Origin: Acinetobacter phage vB_AbaSt_W16
Direction: 5' to 3' (one strand)
Length of the DNA stretch: 64,000 bases
Sequence record: PP174317.1
Every line of letters begins with the position of its first letter. Position 1 is the stretch's first letter. The position numbers and the translations under genes are program-made. Below the pieces are notes generated by a model. It made no database searches. It was given only the letters and a program-made list of their open reading frames with translations, and was not told the origin of the DNA. Shown piece by piece: positions 59,878-64,000 of this stretch.

Positions 59878-60714
59878 ATGCTGAAAGAACAATTACTCAA
59901 TGAAGCGAAAACTATTACCGCTTCTGTAGAATTAGACGGTATTTTTGAATCAGTTGAACTTTCACCAGAAACTCAAGAAAGCTTCAAAACAGTATTCGAA
60001 CAAGCCGTTAAGAAAAACGCTGTTGATTTGGCCGAAAAGCATATTTTAGATATTGCTGAAAAAGCTGAAGAAAAATTAGAAGAAGCTACTTTAGCTGCAA
60101 CTACTAAGCTTGAAGAAAAAATGTTAGCAATCGCAGACAAATTCTTTGAGCATACTGCTGCAGATTGGCTCGCTGAAAATAAAGTCGAAGTCCATCGTGG
60201 AATCAAAGCTGATTTATTTGAATCTATGTTTGGTGGTTTAAAAGCATTGTTTGTTGAGCATAATGTTGAACTTCCTGCAGAATCTGTTGATGTTGTTGCA
60301 GAAATGGAAGAAGAACTCCAAGAAACAAAAAATGAAACTTCTAAATTATTTGATACTTTAACAGAAACACAAAGTGAATTAAGTGAATTAAAACGCACAG
60401 TCGCTGTTGATAAAGCGGTTGCGGATTTAACAGAATCACAAAAAGAAAAAGTTCATAACTTAATTGAAGGTTTAGATTATAGCGATACTTTTGATGTTAA
60501 GTTGAATGCAATTGTTGAAATGGCTAAGGGCTCAAAAGAAGCACCAGTTCTTTCAGAATCAACTCAAAATGAGCCAGTTGCAAATGAACTAAATAAAGTT
60601 AATGATGCTGATGCTGCTGGACTTAATTTTGTCGTAGAAGCACATGAACCAGCTGAAGAAGCTAAACCAACAACTAATATGAACCGCTACGTTTCTGCGG
60701 CGCAAAAGCTTTAA
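59878..60714 (+). CDS. 22: prohead core scaffold protein gp22
   Basis: 278 aa; acidic, helical, repeated LxE-type protease sites. Confidence 0.85.
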   Translation: MLKEQLLNEAKTITASVELDGIFESVELSPETQESFKTVFEQAVKKNAVDLAEKHILDIAEKAEEKLEEATLAATTKLEEKMLAIADKFFEHTAADWLAENKVEVHRGIKADLFESMFGGLKALFVEHNVELPAESVDVVAEMEEELQETKNETSKLFDTLTETQSELSELKRTVAVDKAVADLTESQKEKVHNLIEGLDYSDTFDVKLNAIVEMAKGSKEAPVLSESTQNEPVANELNKVNDADAAGLNFVVEAHEPAEEAKPTTNMNRYVSAAQKL

Positions 60715-60739
60715 TAAAATTTTTATAGGTACATAACAC

Positions 60740-62320
60740 ATGACTACTAAACAAAAATCACAATCTGATCTTATGGTTGAAAACTGGACTCCACTTATTG
60801 AAGCTGAAGGCCTTCCAGAAATTTCAAAAGACAAATATAAAATTATGGCCCGCATTTTCGAAAATCAAGAAAAAGATTTCGAAACTGGTATTGAATATCG
60901 TGACCCAGAAATTGCTAAAGCATTTAGTGGCTTCTTAGCTGAAGCTGAAGTTGGCGGTGACCATGGTTACGACGCAACAAATATTGCAGCTGGTCAAACT
61001 TCTGGTGCAGTGACGCAAATTGCTCCTGCTGTTATGGGTATGGTTCGTCGTTCACTTCCAAATTTAATCGCATTTGATATTGCTGGTGTTCAACCACTTG
61101 ACAAACCTACTGGCCAATTCTTTGCAGTTCGTTCTGTTTATGGTGCTGACCCTCTTGCAGCTGGTGCTAAAGAAGCATTACACCCAATGTTCTCACCTGA
61201 CACAATGCATTCTGGTCAAGGTGCGGCTGAAGCATTTGAAAACGTTAAAGCTGGTGATTCATTAGCAATTGGTGACATTAAACGTCATGACTTTGCAGAT
61301 ACTGGCCGTGTTTATATCCAAGCGGTTAAAGCTGTAACTGTTGACGCTGGTGCAACTGATGCAGAAAAACTTGATATCGAAGTTAAAAAATTGATGGAAG
61401 CTGGTTCTGTTGCTGAAATCGGTGAAGGTATGGCTACTTCTGTTGCTGAACTTCAAGAAGGTTTCAATGGTTCAACAGGTAATCCTTGGAATGAAATGTC
61501 ATTCCGTATTGACAAACAATCAGTTGAAGTTAAATCACGTCAATTAAAAGCACAATACACAATTGAACTTGCTCAAGACTTAAAAGCTGTTCATGGTATG
61601 GATGCTGATGCTGAATTAGCTGGTTTACTTGCTACTGAAATTATGCTTGAAATCAACCGTGAAATCGTTGACTGGATTAACTTCTCTGCTCAAATCGGTA
61701 AAACTGGTTGGACACAAGCTCCTGGTTCTAAAGCTGGTGTGTTTGATTTCCAAGACCCAGTAGATGTTAAAGGCGCTCGTTGGGCTGGTGAAGCTTACAA
61801 AGCACTCTTAATCCAAATCGATAAAGAAGCTTCTGAAATTGCACGTCAAACAGGTCGTGGTATTGGTAACTTTATCATTGCATCTCGTAACGTTGTAATG
61901 GCTCTTGCTCAAGTTGATACTAATGTAACTCCAGCTGCTCAAGGTCTTGCAAAAGGTCTTAACTACGATACAACTAAAGCAACATTTGCTGGTGTATTAG
62001 GTGGCCGTTATAAAGTTTATATCGATCAATATGCTCGCCAAGACTACTTCACAGTAGGTTTCAAAGGCGGTAGTGAAATGGATGCTGGTATCTACTACAT
62101 GCCATATGTTCCATTAACACCATTACGCGGTGCTGATCCTAAGAACTTCCAACCTGTGATGGGCTTCAAAACTCGTTATGCAGTTGGTGTGAACCCGTTC
62201 GCAAACTCTGCTGAACAAGCTCCTGCTGGTAATAAGCGTATTAGCAATGGTATGCCTACTATCGAAAATTCTGCAGGTAAAAATGCATACTTCCGTAAGG
62301 TATATGTTAAAGGAATTTAA
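60740..62320 (+). CDS. 23: major capsid protein gp23
   Basis: 526 aa; position/size match to T4 gp23. Confidence 0.95.
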   Translation: MTTKQKSQSDLMVENWTPLIEAEGLPEISKDKYKIMARIFENQEKDFETGIEYRDPEIAKAFSGFLAEAEVGGDHGYDATNIAAGQTSGAVTQIAPAVMGMVRRSLPNLIAFDIAGVQPLDKPTGQFFAVRSVYGADPLAAGAKEALHPMFSPDTMHSGQGAAEAFENVKAGDSLAIGDIKRHDFADTGRVYIQAVKAVTVDAGATDAEKLDIEVKKLMEAGSVAEIGEGMATSVAELQEGFNGSTGNPWNEMSFRIDKQSVEVKSRQLKAQYTIELAQDLKAVHGMDADAELAGLLATEIMLEINREIVDWINFSAQIGKTGWTQAPGSKAGVFDFQDPVDVKGARWAGEAYKALLIQIDKEASEIARQTGRGIGNFIIASRNVVMALAQVDTNVTPAAQGLAKGLNYDTTKATFAGVLGGRYKVYIDQYARQDYFTVGFKGGSEMDAGIYYMPYVPLTPLRGADPKNFQPVMGFKTRYAVGVNPFANSAEQAPAGNKRISNGMPTIENSAGKNAYFRKVYVKGI

Positions 62321-62342
62321 TCGATACGATTAACCTGAAATT

Positions 62343-62372
62343 AAAAAGGAGCCATGCGGCTCCTTTTATTTT
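62343..62372 (+). terminator. rho-independent terminator after gene 23 (GGAGCC-ATGC-GGCTCC followed by TTTTATTTT)
   Basis: Strong hairpin followed by a T-run. Confidence 0.85.
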
Positions 62373-62413
62373 ATGTAATATCTAAATATGTTATATAACC
62401 TAGGAATAATAAA

Positions 62414-63685
62414 ATGAAACGTATTGACCAACTAATTACAGAGTCAACAAATACTCAAGCGGATAGTTTGGCTAGACCTGCATTATTATCATTAACACGT
62501 GCAACAACAAAATTAATTTATCAAGATTTAGTGGCTTCTCAGCCGACAGATCAACCATTGGCAGCATTATACGGTATCAAATATCTAAACCCTAACAAAG
62601 AATTAACTTTTCTTACAGGGGCAACTTATGGTGGTCAATATGGCGTTGGTGATCGCGAATCTATGCCTATTTTATCAAATGCCAATAAAGATTCATTTAA
62701 AAAAGGTGATTTATTTATCTTTCAAAATGTAGTTTTTAAAGTTCTTAAAGATGCCCCATTTGATGGAACAACTGAAACCGAATTATTTGATATTGTATCA
62801 GAAGCTAATGCTGCCTCAACAGTTCGTATGGCACCAGAAGCTGCGGATGTTATGAAATTTGAAACTCATAATGCAGAAATTGCTGAAGCTGGATTTGTTG
62901 TAAACAAATGGCAAGCAGAAGTAAAAAGCCGCAAACTAAAGACAGAATTAACTGTTGAGCTTATCCAGGACATGGAAGCAAATGGATTTAATGCACCAGA
63001 AATGATTGAAGATATTCTTGCTACTCAAATGGCAGAAGAAGTTAATAAAGATGTAATGCAATCATTAGTTACAGTTTCAAAACGATTTAAAGTTGCAGGC
63101 GTTTCGGATAAAGGTGTTTTAGACTTATCGACAGTAGGTAGTTCTGTTGAACAAGCTCGAAATTTATATCGTTATATCTGTGAAATGAATGCATCTATTC
63201 AACGTCAAACATCGTATTCTGCAACATATGTTGTTGCCACGTCTCGTGTTGCGGCTTTATTAGCTTCATCAGGTTGGATGAATCAACAAGATGACCAACC
63301 CGATGCAGCATATGGTACATTATTAAACGGATTACATGTATATTGTGACAATAATAGTCCAGTAGAATATGTTATTGTTGGTGTTAAAGATACTTATGGT
63401 TCTGACGAAATGATCGGTTCATTATTTTATGCACCTTATACCGAAGGTCTTAGTCCTGAAGCTGACCCGACGGACCATGTGGGGGCATATACTGTTATTA
63501 ATGATGCATCATCATTGCAACCAAAAATTGCATTATTATTACGATACGCACTTTGTGTAAACCCATATACAATGGGATTGGATGATTCTGAAGCACGAGT
63601 TATTGACGCTTCAGATATGGATCAATTTGCAGGTCAAAGTGATATGTCTGTATTACTTGGCATTAAACTGCCAAAACTTGTATAA
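62414..63685 (+). CDS. 24: capsid vertex protein gp24
   Basis: 423 aa; gp23 paralog with shared internal segments. Confidence 0.9.
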   Translation: MKRIDQLITESTNTQADSLARPALLSLTRATTKLIYQDLVASQPTDQPLAALYGIKYLNPNKELTFLTGATYGGQYGVGDRESMPILSNANKDSFKKGDLFIFQNVVFKVLKDAPFDGTTETELFDIVSEANAASTVRMAPEAADVMKFETHNAEIAEAGFVVNKWQAEVKSRKLKTELTVELIQDMEANGFNAPEMIEDILATQMAEEVNKDVMQSLVTVSKRFKVAGVSDKGVLDLSTVGSSVEQARNLYRYICEMNASIQRQTSYSATYVVATSRVAALLASSGWMNQQDDQPDAAYGTLLNGLHVYCDNNSPVEYVIVGVKDTYGSDEMIGSLFYAPYTEGLSPEADPTDHVGAYTVINDASSLQPKIALLLRYALCVNPYTMGLDDSEARVIDASDMDQFAGQSDMSVLLGIKLPKLV

Positions 63686-63735
63686 CAAACCGAATCAAGG
63701 GACCAGAAAAGGATTCAACAGGTGCGAAATCGGAA

Positions 63736-63918
63736 TTGGATAAATATTTTAAAGATGAAGGATACCGTCCTAATCCAAGTGGAGACCCTTCTCAATTAAA
63801 CTTAACAGATTGGGTTTATACTATATGTCTAGAATTTATAAAGTCTGCTTCATCGGCAAAAGAAATAGGAGAAATTAAAGCTACCCATGGCGCAGCAATT
63901 GCAGAAATTGTTTGGTAA
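63736..63918 (+). CDS. hypothetical small protein (TTG start)
   Basis: 60-aa ORF between gene 24 and a terminator; weak. Confidence 0.3.
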   Translation: MDKYFKDEGYRPNPSGDPSQLNLTDWVYTICLEFIKSASSAKEIGEIKATHGAAIAEIVW

Positions 63919-63969
63919 TATTAAAAATAAAGAATAACTCTTATTGATAGCATATATAACAAATTAATA

Positions 63970-63998
63970 AAAAAGGAGAGCAATTGCTCTCCTTTTTT
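63970..63998 (+). terminator. rho-independent terminator (GGAGAGCAATTGCTCTCC followed by TTTTTT), bidirectional
   Basis: Perfect palindromic stem flanked by an A-run and a T-run. Confidence 0.8.
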
Positions 63999-64000
63999 AT

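Noticed and set aside
62377-62413. Late promoter upstream of gene 24 (TCTAAATA)
   Set aside because: One mismatch to the TATAAATA consensus, and it lies directly after the gene 23 terminator; left unannotated.

Overview
This window is a T4-like (Tevenvirinae-type) myovirus genome segment, AT-rich, assigned by protein similarity to phage T4 proteins recalled from memory and by conserved T4 gene order. Positions 1-32421 are an early/middle block on the minus strand: partial gp62, gp44, gp45, rpbA, gp46/gp47 recombination nuclease, gp55 late sigma, gp49 endo VII, NrdC-like redoxins, and many accessory ORFs. Within it lies a tRNA cluster (about 22770-27600) holding 9 tRNAs, several degenerate tRNA-like or stem-enclosed RNAs, homing endonucleases and a release-factor-like gene. 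It ends with gp57B, gp57A, gp1, gp3, gp2 and gp4. Positions 32481-63685 are the plus-strand late structural block in T4 order: gp53, 5, 5.1, 5.4, 6-12, wac, 13, 14, 15, 16, 17, 18, 19, 20, 67, 68, 21, 22, 23, 24. The most unusual items are: (1) a 76-aa protein homologous to the catalytic GGQ domain of release factor RF1 with the GGQ motif replaced, sitting in the tRNA cluster; (2) a tRNA with an apparent CUA (amber-reading) anticodon; (3) several non-canonical tRNA-like RNAs with 14-16 bp closing stems; (4) a Pol-beta-type nucleotidyltransferase plus AAA ATPase pair; (5) a dense cluster of secreted or membrane proteins including a signal-peptide lytic transglycosylase; (6) four homing-endonuclease genes (two GIY-YIG paralogs, an HNH, and an HNH pseudogene with an in-frame stop) and an apparent non-ATG start for gp15; (7) a fibritin whose foldon is replaced by a different C-terminal domain; (8) an extra ORF between terminase genes 16 and 17. 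No CRISPR array or integrase was seen.
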